This document shows, piece by piece, positions 1 to 12,200 of a DNA stretch of 27,852 nucleotides (positions within the stretch are counted from its first letter, which is position 1; every line of letters begins with the position of its first letter). Origin of the DNA: Utricularia gibba (Eukaryota; Plantae; Magnoliophyta); assembly GCA_002189035.1 (NCBI GenBank), contig NEEC01000452.1, positions 1 to 27,852 on the forward strand, written 5' to 3'. Position numbers and translations under genes: made by a program. The notes beneath the pieces were generated by a model. That model was given only the letters and a program-made list of their open reading frames with translations, ran no database searches and had not been told where the DNA came from.

Positions 1-55
1 CTTTCGAGCATTTGTGCCTCCTCGGACGAACAAGTTCTCACACGAAAAAAGACCG

Positions 56-68
56 GCTCGGAACGAGC
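56..68. other. Mini-hairpin GCTCG-GAA-CGAGC (one per monomer)
   Basis: 5-bp perfect inverted repeat with a 3-nt GAA loop, read directly from the sequence. Confidence 0.85.
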
Positions 69-93
69 TTCGAAACGGTATGCTTTGTGCAAC

Positions 94-102
94 ATGACTC
101 AT
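94..102. promoter_or_regulatory. ATGACTCAT, exact GCN4/AP-1-type bZIP motif (sequence match only; function unknown)
   Basis: Exact 9-bp match to the established GCN4 optimal site, repeated in essentially every monomer. There is no evidence that it is bound. Confidence 0.3.
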
Positions 103-158
103 CACCATTTGTAAGATATCCACTCGATACCGAAGAGTGCACGAGGCCACCATGAGGT

Positions 159-172
159 TGTGGCTAGCCACA
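159..172. other. Perfect 14-bp palindrome TGTGGCTAGCCACA (one per monomer)
   Basis: Self-reverse-complementary. It extends to 156-176 (GGT...ACC) with a single C bulge at 173 and is intact in nearly all copies. Confidence 0.95.
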
Positions 173-224
173 CACCGATGGCATCTTAAATGATCATCTC
201 GAAATCCGAAATTTCACATCGTCG

Positions 225-248
225 CATGAAATACATATGTTTTGCATG
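225..248. other. 24-bp imperfect palindrome CATGAAATACATATGTTTTGCATG (one per monomer)
   Basis: Core is ACATATGT (233-240); 10 of 12 positions pair, with mismatches at T232/T241 and A229/G244. The A allele at 224 adds an A224-T249 pair. Confidence 0.9.
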
Positions 249-3200
249 TCAAAAATCACATTCGCATCGAGTCAGGTGTCCTGAGTCACATTTTCGCGAA
301 CGTGGTGGCCACTTCGTTGCACATCTGAAGGCTAATATAAGGCAATCTTTCGAGCATTTGTGCCTCCTCGGACGAACAAGTTCTCACACGAAAAAAAGAC
401 CGGCTCGGAACGAGCTTCGAAACGGTATGCTATGTGCAACATGACTCATCACCGTTTGCAAGATATCCACTCGATACCGAAGAGTGCACGAGGCCACATG
501 AGGTTGTGGCTAGCCACACACCATGGCATCTTAAATGATCATCTCGAAATCCGAAATTTCACATCGTCACATGAAATACATATGTTTTGCATGTCAAAAA
601 TCACATTCGCATCGAGTCAGGTGTCCCGAGTCACATTTTCGCGAACGTGGTGGCCACTTCGTTGCACATCTGAAGGCTAATATAAGGCAATCTTTCGAGC
701 ATTTGTGCCTCCTCGGACGAACAAGTTCTCAACACGAAAGAAGACTGGCTCGGAACGAGCTTCGAAACGGTATGATATGTGCAACATGACTCATCACCAT
801 TTGTAAGATATCCACTCGATACCGAAGAGTGCACGAGGCCACCATGAGGTTGTGGCTAGCCACACACCGATGGCATCTTAAATGATCATCTCGAAATCCG
901 AAATTTCACATCGTCCATGAAATACATATGTTTGCATGTCAAAAATCACATTCGCATCGAGTCAGGTGTCCGAGTCACATTTTCGCGAACGTGGTGGCCA
1001 CTTCGTTGCACATCTGAAGGCTAATATAAGGCAATCTTTCGAGCATTTGTGCCTCCTCGGACGAACAAGTTCTCAACACGAAAAAGACCGGCTCGGAACG
1101 AGCTTCGAAATGGTATGCTTTGTGCAACATGACTCATCACCATTTGTAAGATATCCACTCGATACCGAAGAGTGCACGAGGCCACCATGAGGTTGTGGCT
1201 AGCCACACACCGATGCATCTTAAATGATCATCTCGAAATCCGAAATTTCACATCGTCGCATGAAATACATATGTTTTGCATGTCAAAAATCACATTCGCA
1301 TCGAGTCAGGTGTCCCTGAGTCACATTTTCGCGAACGTGGTGGCCACTTCGTTGCACATCTGAAGGCTAATATAAGGCAATCTTTCGAGCATTTGTGCCT
1401 CTCGGACGAACAAGTTCTCAACACGAAAAAGACCGGCTCGGAACGAGCTTCGAAACGGTATGCTTTGTGCAACATGACTCATCACCATTTGTAAGATATC
1501 CACTCGATACCGAAGAGTGCACGAGGCCACCATGAGGTTGTGGCTAGCCACACACCGATGGCATCTTAAATGATCATCTCGAAATCCGAAATTTCACATC
1601 GTCGCATGAAATACATATGTTTTGCATGTCAAAAATCACATTCGCATCGAGTCAGGTGTCCCGAGTCACATTTTCGCGAACGTGGTGGCCACTTCGTTGC
1701 ACATCTGAAGGCTAATATAAGGCAATCTTTCGAGCATTTGTGCCTCCTCGGACGAACAAGTTCTCAACACGAAAAAAGACCGGCTCGGAACGAGCTTCGA
1801 AATGGTATGCTTTGTGCAACATGACTCATCACCATTTGTAAGATATCCACTCGATACCGAAGAGTGCACGAGGCCACCATGAGGTTGTGGCTAGCCACAC
1901 ACCGATGGCATCTTAAATGATCATCTCGAAATCCGAAATTTCACATCGTCGCATGAAATACATATGTTTTGCATGTCAAAAATCACATTCGCATCGAGTC
2001 AGGTGTCCGAGTCACATTTTCGCGAACGTGGTGGCCACTTCGTTGCACATCTGAAGGCTAATATAAGGCAATCTTTCGAGCATTTGTGCCTCCTCGGACG
2101 AACAAGTTCTCACACGAAAAAAAGACCGGCTCGGAACGAGCTTCGAAATGGTATGCTTTGTGCAACATGACTCATCACCATTTGTAAGATATCCACTCGA
2201 TACCGAAGAGTGCACGAGGCCACCATGAGGTTGTGGCTAGCCACACACCGATGGCATCTTAAATGATCATCTCGAAATCCGAAATTTCACATCGTCGCAT
2301 GAAATACATATGTTTTGCATGTCAAAAATCACATTCGCATCGAGTCAGGTGTCCCGAGTCACATTTTCGCGAACGTGGTGGCCACTTCGTTGCACATCTG
2401 AAGGCTAATATAAGGCAATCTTTCGAGCATTTGTGCCTCCTCGGACGAACAAGTTCTCAACACGAAAAAGACGGCTCGGAACGAGCTTCGAAATGGTATG
2501 CTTTGTGCAACATGACTCATCACCATTTGTAAGATATCCACTCGATACCGAAGAGTGCACGAGGCCACCATGAGGTTGTGGCTAGCCACACACCGATGGC
2601 ATCTTAAATGATCATCTCGAAATCCGAAATTTCACATCGTCGCATGAAATACATATGTTTTGCATGTCAAAAATCACATTCGCATCGAGTCAGGTGTCCC
2701 GAGTCACATTTTCGCGAACGTGGTGGCCACTTCGTTGCACATCTGAAGGCTAATATAAGAATCTTTCGAGCATTTGTGCCTCCTCGGACGAACAAGTTCT
2801 CAACACGAAAAAGACCGGCTCGGAACGAGCTTCGAAACGGTATGCTATGTGCAACATGACTCATCACCATTTGTAAGATATCCACTCGATACCGAAGAGT
2901 GCACGAGGCCACCATGAGGTTGTGGCTAGCCACACACCGATGGCATCTTAAATGATCATCTCGAAATCCGAAATTTCACATCGTCGCATGAAATACATAT
3001 GTTTTGCATGTCAAAAATCACATTCGCATCGAGTCAGGTGTCCCGAGTCACATTTTCGCGAACGTGGTGGCCACTTCGTTGCACATCTGAAGGCTAATAT
3101 AAGGCAATCTTTCGAGCATTTGTGCCTCCTCGGACGAACAAGTTCTCAACACGAAAAGAAGACCGGCTCGGAACGAGCTTCGAAATGGTATGCTTTGTGC

Positions 3201-3299
3201 AACATGACTCATCACCATTTGTAAGATATCCACTCGATACCGAAGAGTGCACGAGGCCACCATGAGGTTGTGGCTAGCCACACACCGATGGCATCTTAA

Positions 3300-6200
3300 A
3301 TGATCATCTCGAAATCCGAAATTTCACATCGTCGCATGAAATACATATGTTTTGCATGTCAAAAATCACATTCGCATCGAGTCAGGTGTCCGAGTCACAT
3401 TTTCGCGAACGTGGTGGCCACTTCGTTGCACATCTGAAGGCTAATATAAGGCAATCTTTCGAGCATTTGTGCCTCCTCGGACGAACAAGTTCTCCACACG
3501 AAAAAGAGGCTCGGAACGAGCTTCGAAATGGTATGCTTTGTGCAACATGACTCATCACCATTTGTAAGATATCCATCGATACCGAAGAGTGCACGAGGCC
3601 ACCATGAGGTTGTGGCTAGCCACACACCGATGGCATCTTAAATGATCATCTCGAAATCCGAAATTTCACATCGTCACATGAAATACATATGTTTTGCATG
3701 TCAAAAATCACATTCGCATCGAGTCAGGTGTCCCGAGTCACATTTTCGCGAACGTGGTGGCCACTTCGTTGCACATCTGAAGGCTAATATAAGGCAATCT
3801 TTCGAGCATTTGTGCCTCCTCGGACGAACAAGTTCTCAACACGAAAAAAGACCGGCTCGGAACGAGCTTCGAAATGGTATGCTTTGTGCAACATGACTCA
3901 TCACCATTTGTAAGATATCCACTCGATACCGAAGAGTGCACGAGGCCACCATGAGGTTGTGGCTAGCCACACACCGATGGCATCTTAAATGATCATCTCG
4001 AAATCCGAAATTTCACATCGTCGCATGAAATACATATGTTTTGCATGTCAAAAATCACATTCGCATCGAGTCAGGTGTCCGAGTCACATTTTCGCGAACG
4101 TGGTGGCCACTTCGTTGCACATCTGAAGGCTAATATAAGGCAATCTTTCGAGCATTTGTGCCTCCTCGGACGAACAAGTTCTCAACACGAAAAAAGACCG
4201 GCTCGAACGAGCTTCGAAATGGTATGCTTTGTGCAACATGACTCATCACCATTTGTAAGATATCCACTCGATACCGAAGAGTGCACGAGGCCACCATGAG
4301 GTTGTGGCTAGCCACACACCGATGGCATCTTAAATGATCATCTCGAAATCCGAAATTTCACATCGTCACATGAAATACATATGTTTTGCATGTCAAAAAT
4401 CACATTCGCATCGAGTCAGGTGTCCCGAGTCACATTTTCGCGAACGTGGTGGCCACTTCGTTGCACATCTGAAGGCTAATATAAGGCAATCTTTCGAGCA
4501 TTTGTGCCTCCTCGGACGAACAAGTTCTCACACGAAAAAAGACCGGCTCGGAACGAGCTTCGAAATGGTATGCTTTGTGCAACATGACTCATCACCATTT
4601 GTAAGATATCCACTCGATACCGAAGAGTGCACGAGGCCACCATGAGGTTGTGGCTAGCCACACACCGATGGCTTAAATGATCATCTCGAAATCCGAAATT
4701 TCACATCGTCCATGAAATACATATGTTTTGCATGTCAAAAATCACATTCGCATCGAGTCAGGTGTCCGAGTCACATTTTCGCGAACGTGGTGGCCACTTC
4801 GTTGCACATCTGAAGGCTAATATAAGGCAATCTTTCGAGCATTTGTGCCTCCTCGGACGAACAAGTTCTCACACGAAAAAAGACCGGCTCGGAACGAGCT
4901 TCGAAATGGTATGCTTTGTGCAACATGACTCATCACCATTTGTAAGATATCCACTCGATACCGAAGAGTGCACGAGGCACCATGAGGTTGTGGCTAGCCA
5001 CACACCCGGCATCTTAAATGATCATCTCGAAATCCGAAATTTCACATCGTCACATGAAATACATATGTTTTGCATGTCAAAAATCACATTCGCATCGAGT
5101 CAGGTGTCCCGAGTCACATTTTCGCGAACGTGGTGGCCACTTCGTTGCACATCTGAAGGCTAATATAAGGCAATCTTTCGAGCATTTGTGCCTCCTCGGA
5201 CGAACAAGTTCTCAACACGAAAAAGACGGCTCGGAACGAGCTTCGAAACGGTATGATATGTGCAACATGACTCATCACCATTTGCAAGATATCCACTCGA
5301 TACCGAAGAGCACGAGGCCACCATGAGGTTGTGGCTAGCACACACCGATGCATCTTAAATGATCATCTCGAAATCCGAAATTTCACATCGTCGCATGAAA
5401 TACATATGTTTTGCATGTCAAAAATCACATTCGCATCGAGTCAGGTGTCCGAGTCACATTTTCGCGAACGTGGTGGCCACTTCGTTGCACATCTGAAGGC
5501 TAATATAAGGCAATCTTTCGAGCATTTGTGCCTCTCGGACGAACAAGTTCTCACACGAAAAAAGACCGGCTCGGAACGAGCTTCGAAACGGTATGCTTTG
5601 TGCAACATGACTCATCACCATTTGTAAGATATCCACTCGATACCGAAGAGTGCACGAGGCCACCATGAGGTTGTGGCTAGCCACACACCGATGGCATCTT
5701 AAATGATCATCTCGAAATCCGAAATTTCACATCGTCGCATGAAATACATATGTTTTGCATGTCAAAAATCACATTCGCATCGAGTCAGGTGTCCGAGTCA
5801 CATTTTCGCGAACGTGGTGGCCACTTCGTTGCACATCTGAAGGCTAATATAAGGCAATCTTTCGAGCATTTGTGCCTCCTCGGACGAACAAGTTCTCAAC
5901 ACGAAAGAAGACGGCTCGGAACGAGCTTCGAAACGGTATGATATGTGCAACATGACTCATCACCGTTTGTAAGATATCCACTCGATACCGAAGAGTGCAC
6001 GAGGCCACCATGAGGTTGTGGCTAGCCACACACCGATGGCATCTTAAATGATCATCTCGAAATCCGAAATTTCACATCGTCGCATGAAATACATATGTTT
6101 TGCATGTCAAAAATCACATTCGCATCGAGTCAGGTGTCCGAGTCACATTTTCGCGAACGTGGTGGCCACTTCGTTGCACATCTGAAGGCTAATATAAGGC

Positions 6201-9200
6201 AATCTTTCGAGCATTTGTGCCTCCTCGGACGAACAAGTTCTCCACACGAAAAAGACCGGCTCGGAACGAGCTTCGAAATGGTATGCTTTGTGCAACATGA
6301 CTCATCACCATTTGTAAGATATCCACTCGATACCGAAGAGTGCACGAGGCCACCATGAGGTTGTGGCTAGCCACACACCGATGGCATCTAAATGATCATC
6401 TCGAAATCCGAAATTTCACATCGTCACATGAAATACATATGTTTTGCATGTCAAAAATCACATTCGCATCGAGTCAGGTGTCCCGAGTCACATTTTCGCG
6501 AACGTGGTGGCCACTTCGTTGCACATCTGAAGGCTAATATAAGGCAATCTTTCGAGCATTTGTGCCTCCTCGGACGAACAAGTTCTCAACACGAAAGAAG
6601 ACGGCTCGGAACGAGCTTCGAAACGGTATGTATGTGCAACATGACTCATCACCATTTGTAAGATATCCACTCGATACCGAAGAGTGCACGAGGCCACCAT
6701 GAGGTTGTGGCTAGCCACACACCCATGGCATCTTAAATGATCATCTCGAAATCCGAAAATTTCACATCGTCCATGAAATACATATGTTTTGCATGTCAAA
6801 AATCACATTCGCATCGAGTCAGGTGTCCGAGTCACATTTTCGCGAACGTGGTGGCCACTTCGTTGCACATCTGAAGGCTAATATAAGGCAATCTTTCGAG
6901 CATTTGTGCCTCCTCGGACGAACAAGTTCTCACACGAAAAAAGACCGGCTCGGAACGAGCTTCGAAATGGTATGCTTTGTGCAACATGACTCATCACCGT
7001 TTAAGATATCCACTCGATACCGAAGAGTGCACGAGGCCACCATGAGGTTGTGGCTAGCCACACACCGATGGCATCTTAAATGATCATCTCGAAATCCGAA
7101 ATTTCACATCGTCATGAAATACATATGTTTTGCATGTCAAAAATCACATTCGCATCGAGTCAGGTGTCCGAGTCACATTTTCGCGAACGTGGTGGCCACT
7201 TCGTTGCACATCTGAAGGCTAATATAAGGCAATCTTTCGAGCATTTGTGCCTCCTCGGACGAACAAGTTCTCAACACGAAAAAAGACGGCTCGGAACGAG
7301 CTTCGAAACGGTATGATATGTGCAACATGACTCATCACCGTTTGCAAGATCCACTCGATACCGAAGAGTGAGTGCACGGCCACCATGAGGTTGTGGCTAG
7401 CCACACACCGATGGCATCTTAAATGATCATCTCGAAATCCGAAATTTCACATCGTCGCATGAAATACATATGTTTTGCATGTCAAAAATCACATTCGCAT
7501 CGAGTCAGGTGTCCGAGTCACATTTTCGCGAACGTGGTGGCCACTTCGTTGCACATCTGAAGGCTAATATAAGGCAATTTCGAGCATTTGTGCCTCCTCG
7601 GACGAACAAGTTCTCCACACGAAAAAAGACCGGCTCGGAACGAGCTTCGAAATGGTATGCTTTGTGCAACATGACTCATCACCATTGTAAGATATCCACT
7701 CGATACCGAAGAGTGCACGAGGCCACCATGAGGTTGTGGCTAGCCACACACCGATGGCATCTTAAATGATCATCTCGAAATCCGAAATTTCACATCGTCA
7801 CATGAAATACATATGTTTTGCATGTCAAAAATCACATTCGCATCGAGTCAGGTGTCCGAGTCACATTTCGCGAACGTGGTGGCCACTTCGTTGCACATCT
7901 GAAGGCTAATATAAGGCAATCTTTCGAGCATTTGTGCCTCCTCGGACGAACAAGTTCTCCACACGAAAAAAGACCGGCTCGGAACGAGCTTCGAAATGGT
8001 ATGCTTTGTGCAACATGACTCATCACCATTTGTAAGATATCCACTCGATACCGAAGAGTGCACGAGGCCACCATGAGGTTGTGGCTAGCCACACACCGAT
8101 GGCATCTTAAATGATCATCTCGAAATCCGAAATTTCACATCGTCGCATGAAATACATATGTTTTGCATGTCAAAAATCACATTCGCATCGAGTCAGGTGT
8201 CCGAGTCACATTTTCGCGAACGTGGTGGCCACTTCGTTGCACATCTGAAGGCTAATATAAGGCAATCTTTCGAGCATTTGTGCCTCCTCGGACGAACAAG
8301 TTCTCAACACGAAAAAAGACCGGCTCGGAACGAGCTTCGAAATGGTATGCTTTGTGCAACATGACTCATCACCATTTGTAAGATATCCACTCGATACCGA
8401 AGAGTGCACGAGGCCACCATGAGGTTGTGGCTAGCCACACACCGATGGCATCTTAAATGATCATCTCGAAATCCGAAATTTCACATCGTCACATGAAATA
8501 CATATGTTTTGCATGTCAAAAATCACATTCGCATCGAGTCAGGTGTCCCGAGTCACATTTTCGCGAACGGTGGCCACTTCGTTGCACATCTGAAGGCTAA
8601 TATAAGGCAATCTTTCGAGCATTTGTGCCTCCTCGGACGAACAAGTTCTCAACACGAAAGAAGACGGCTCGGAACGAGCTTCGAAACGGTATGATGTGCA
8701 ACATGACTCATCACCATTTGTAAGATATCCACTCGATACCGAAGAGTGCACGAGGCCACCATGAGGTTGTGGCTAGCCACACACCGATGGCATCTTAAAT
8801 GATCATCTCGAAATCCGAAATTTCACATCGTCGCATGAAATACATATGTTTTGCATGTCAAAAATCACATTCGCATCGAGTCAGGTGTCCGAGTCACATT
8901 TTCGCGAACGTGGTGGCCACTTCGTTGCACATCTGAAGGCTAATATAAGGCAATCTTTCGAGCATTTGTGCCTCCTCGGACGAACAAGTTCTCACACGAA
9001 AAAAGACCGGCTCGGAACGAGCTTCGAAAATGGTATGCTTTGTGCAACATGACTCATCACCATTTGTAAGATATCCACTCGATACCGAAGAGTGCACGAG
9101 GCCACCATGAGGTTGTGGCTAGCCACACACCGATGGCATCTTAAATGATCATCTCGAAATCCGAAATTTCACATCGTCACATGAAATACATATGTTTTGC

Positions 9201-12200
9201 ATGTCAAAAATCACATTCGCATCGAGTCAGGTGTCCCGAGTCACATTTTCGCGAACGTGGTGGCCACTTCGTTGCACATCTGAAGGCTAATATAAGGCAA
9301 TCTTTCGAGCATTTGTGCCTCCTCGGACGAACAAGTTCTCACACGAAAAAGACGGCTCGGAACGAGCTTCGAAACGGTATGCTATGTGCAACATGACTCA
9401 TCACCATTTGTAAGATATCCACTCGATACCGAAGAGTGCACGAGGCCACCATGAGGTTGTGGCTAGCCACACACCGATGCATCTTAAATGATCATCTCGA
9501 AATCCGAAATTTCACATCGTCACATGAAATACATATGTTTTGCATGTCAAAAATCACATTCGCATCGAGTCAGGTGTCCCGAGTCACATTTTCGCGAACG
9601 TGGTGGCCACTTCGTTGCACATCTGAAGGCTAATATAAGGCAATCTTTCGAGCATTTGTGCCTCCTCGGACGAACAAGTTCTCACACGAAAAAGACCGGC
9701 TCGGAACGAGCTTCGAAATGGTATGCTTTGTGCAACATGACTCATCACCATTTGTAAGATATCCACTCGATACCGAAGAGTGCACGAGGCCACCATGAGG
9801 TTGTGGCTAGCCACACACCCATGGCATCTTAAATGATCATCTCGAAATCCGAAATTTCACATCGTCACATGAAATACATATGTTTTGCATGTCAAAAATC
9901 ACATTCGCATCGAGTCAGGTGTCCCGAGTCACATTTTCGCGAACGTGGTGGCCACTTCGTTGCACATCTGAAGGCTAATATAAGGCAATCTTTCGAGCAT
10001 TTGTGCTCCTCGGACGAACAAGTTCTCAACACGAAAGAAGACGGCTCGGAACGAGCTTCGAAACGGTATGCTATGTGCAACATGACTCATCACCATTTGT
10101 AAGATATCCACTCGATACCGAAGAGTGCACGAGGCCACCATGAGGTTGTGGCTAGCCACACACCGATGGCATCTTAAATGATCATCTCGAAATCCGAAAT
10201 TTCACATCGTCACATGAAATACATATGTTTTGCATGTCAAAAATCACATTCGCATCGAGTCAGGTGTCCCGAGTCACATTTTCGCGAACGTGGTGGCCAC
10301 TTCGTTGCACATCTGAAGGCTAATATAAGGCAATCTTTCGAGCATTTGTGCCTCCTCGGACGAACAAGTTCTCCACACGAAAAAGACGGCTCGGAACGAG
10401 CTTCGAAATGGTATGCTTTGTGCAACATGACTCATCACCATTTTAAGATATCCACTCGATACCGAAGAGTGCACGAGGCCACCATGAGGTTGTGGCTAGC
10501 CACACACCGATGCATCTTAAATGATCATCTCGAAATCCGAAATTTCACATCGTCCATGAAATACATATGTTTTGCATGTCAAAAATCACATTCGCATCGA
10601 GTCAGGTGTCCGAGTCACATTTTCGCGAACGTGGTGGCCACTTCGTTGCACATCTGAAGGCTAATATAAGGCAATCTTTCGAGCATTTGTGCCTCCTCGG
10701 ACGAACAAGTTCTCACACGAAAAAAGACCGGCTCGGAACGAGCTTCGAAATGGTATGCTTTGTGCAACATGACTCATCACCATTTGTAAGATATCCACTC
10801 GATACCGAAGAGTGCACGAGGCCACCATGAGGTTGTGGCTAGCCACACACCGATGGCATCTTAAATGATCATCTCGAAATCCGAAATTTCACATCGTCAC
10901 ATGAAAACATATGTTTTGCATGTCAAAAATCACATTCGCATCGAGTCAGGTGTCCCGAGTCACATTTTCGCGAACGTGGTGGCCACTTCGTTGCACATCT
11001 GAAGGCTAATATAAGGCAATCTTTCGAGCATTTGTGCCTCCTCGGACGAACAAGTTCTCACACGAAAAAAGACGGCTCGGAACGAGCTTCGAAAATGGTA
11101 TGCTATGTGCAACATGACTCATCACCATTTGTAAGATATCCACTCGATACCGAAGAGTGCACGAGGCCACCATGAGGTTGTGGCTAGCCACACACCATGG
11201 CATCTTAAATGATCATCTCGAAATCCGAAATTTCACATCGTCCATGAAATACATATGTTTTGCATGTCAAAAATCACATTCGCATCGAGTCAGGTGTCCG
11301 AGTCACATTTTCGCGAACGTGGTGGCCACTTCGTTGCACATCTGAAGGCTAATATAAGGCAATCTTTCGAGCATTTGTGCCTCCTCGGACGAACAAGTTC
11401 TCAACACGAAAAAAGACCGGCTCGGAACGAGCTTCGAAATGGTATGCTTTGTGCAACATGACTCATCACCATTTGTAAGATATCCACTCGATACCGAAGA
11501 GTGCACGAGGCCACCATGAGGTTGTGGCTAGCCACACACCGATGGCATCTTAAATGATCATCTCGAAATCCGAAATTTCACATCGTCACATGAAATACAT
11601 ATGTTTTGCATGTCAAAAATCACATTCGCATCGAGTCAGGTGTCCCGAGTCACATTTTCGCGAACGTGGTGGCCACTTCGTTGCACATCTGAAGGCTAAT
11701 ATAAGGCAATCTTTCGAGCATTTGTGCCTCCTCGGACGAACAAGTTCTCCACACGAAAAAAAGACCGGCTCGGAACGAGCTTCGAAATGGTATGCTTTGT
11801 GCAACATGACTCATCACCATTTGTAAGATATCCACTCGATACCGAAGAGTGCACGAGGCCACCATGAGGTTGTGGCTAGCCACACACCGATGGCATCTTA
11901 AATGATCATCTCGAAATCCGAAATTTCACATCGTCGCATGAAATACATATGTTTTGCATGTCAAAAATCACATTCGCATCGAGTCAGGTGTCCGAGTCAC
12001 ATTTTCGCGAACGTGGTGGCCACTTCGTTGCACATCTGAAGGCTAATATAAGGCAATCTTTCGAGCATTTGTGCCTCCTCGGACGAACAAGTTCTCAACA
12101 CGAAAAAGACCGGCTCGGAACGAGCTTCGAAATGGTATGCTTTGTGCAACATGACTCATCACCATTTGTAAGATATCCACTCGATACCGAAGAGTGCACG

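Larger units (their letters stand above)
1..346. repeat. Representative satellite monomer (346 bp, ~46% GC, 23 CpG)
   Basis: Positions 1-346 are repeated from 347. Hand count gives 86 C and 74 G in 346 nt, and 23 CpG versus about 18.4 expected. It contains five TCGA sites plus single GATATC, GTGCAC, GCTAGC, TGATCA, CATATG and TCGCGA sites, which predicts a ~346-bp restriction ladder. Confidence 0.97.

Noticed and set aside
68-76. Pol III B-box-like CTTCGAAAC suggesting tRNA, SINE or 5S origin
   Set aside because: It mismatches the first base of GWTCRANNC and the majority T allele breaks it. There is no convincing A box, cloverleaf or 5S rRNA coding sequence in the monomer.
60-120. Hammerhead ribozyme or retrozyme-like satellite (monomer size resembles newt and schistosome hammerhead satellites; minus strand has GGTGATGAGTC)
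   Set aside because: The core needs CUGAnGA, a stem II and then GAAA. The minus strand has G instead of C and no properly placed GAAA, and the plus-strand CTGAAGG and CTGAGTC do not fit. An Infernal/Rfam scan would be the formal test.
312-328. CENP-B-box-like CTTCGTTGCACATCTGA
   Set aside because: It shares CTTCGTTG and the central A with the human box but lacks the essential CGGG (has TCTG), so it is not a functional match and is not evidence for a centromere.
1-346. Simple 2 x 173-bp internal dimer
   Set aside because: By-eye alignment of 1-173 against 174-346 shows no continuous similarity. The only hint of dimer origin is indirect, via the recalled knob180 blocks.
7361-7380. 4-bp duplication GAAGAGTGAGTGCAC with adjacent deletions in unit 21
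   Set aside because: It is a single occurrence in a locally error-rich copy and is most simply a sequencing error.
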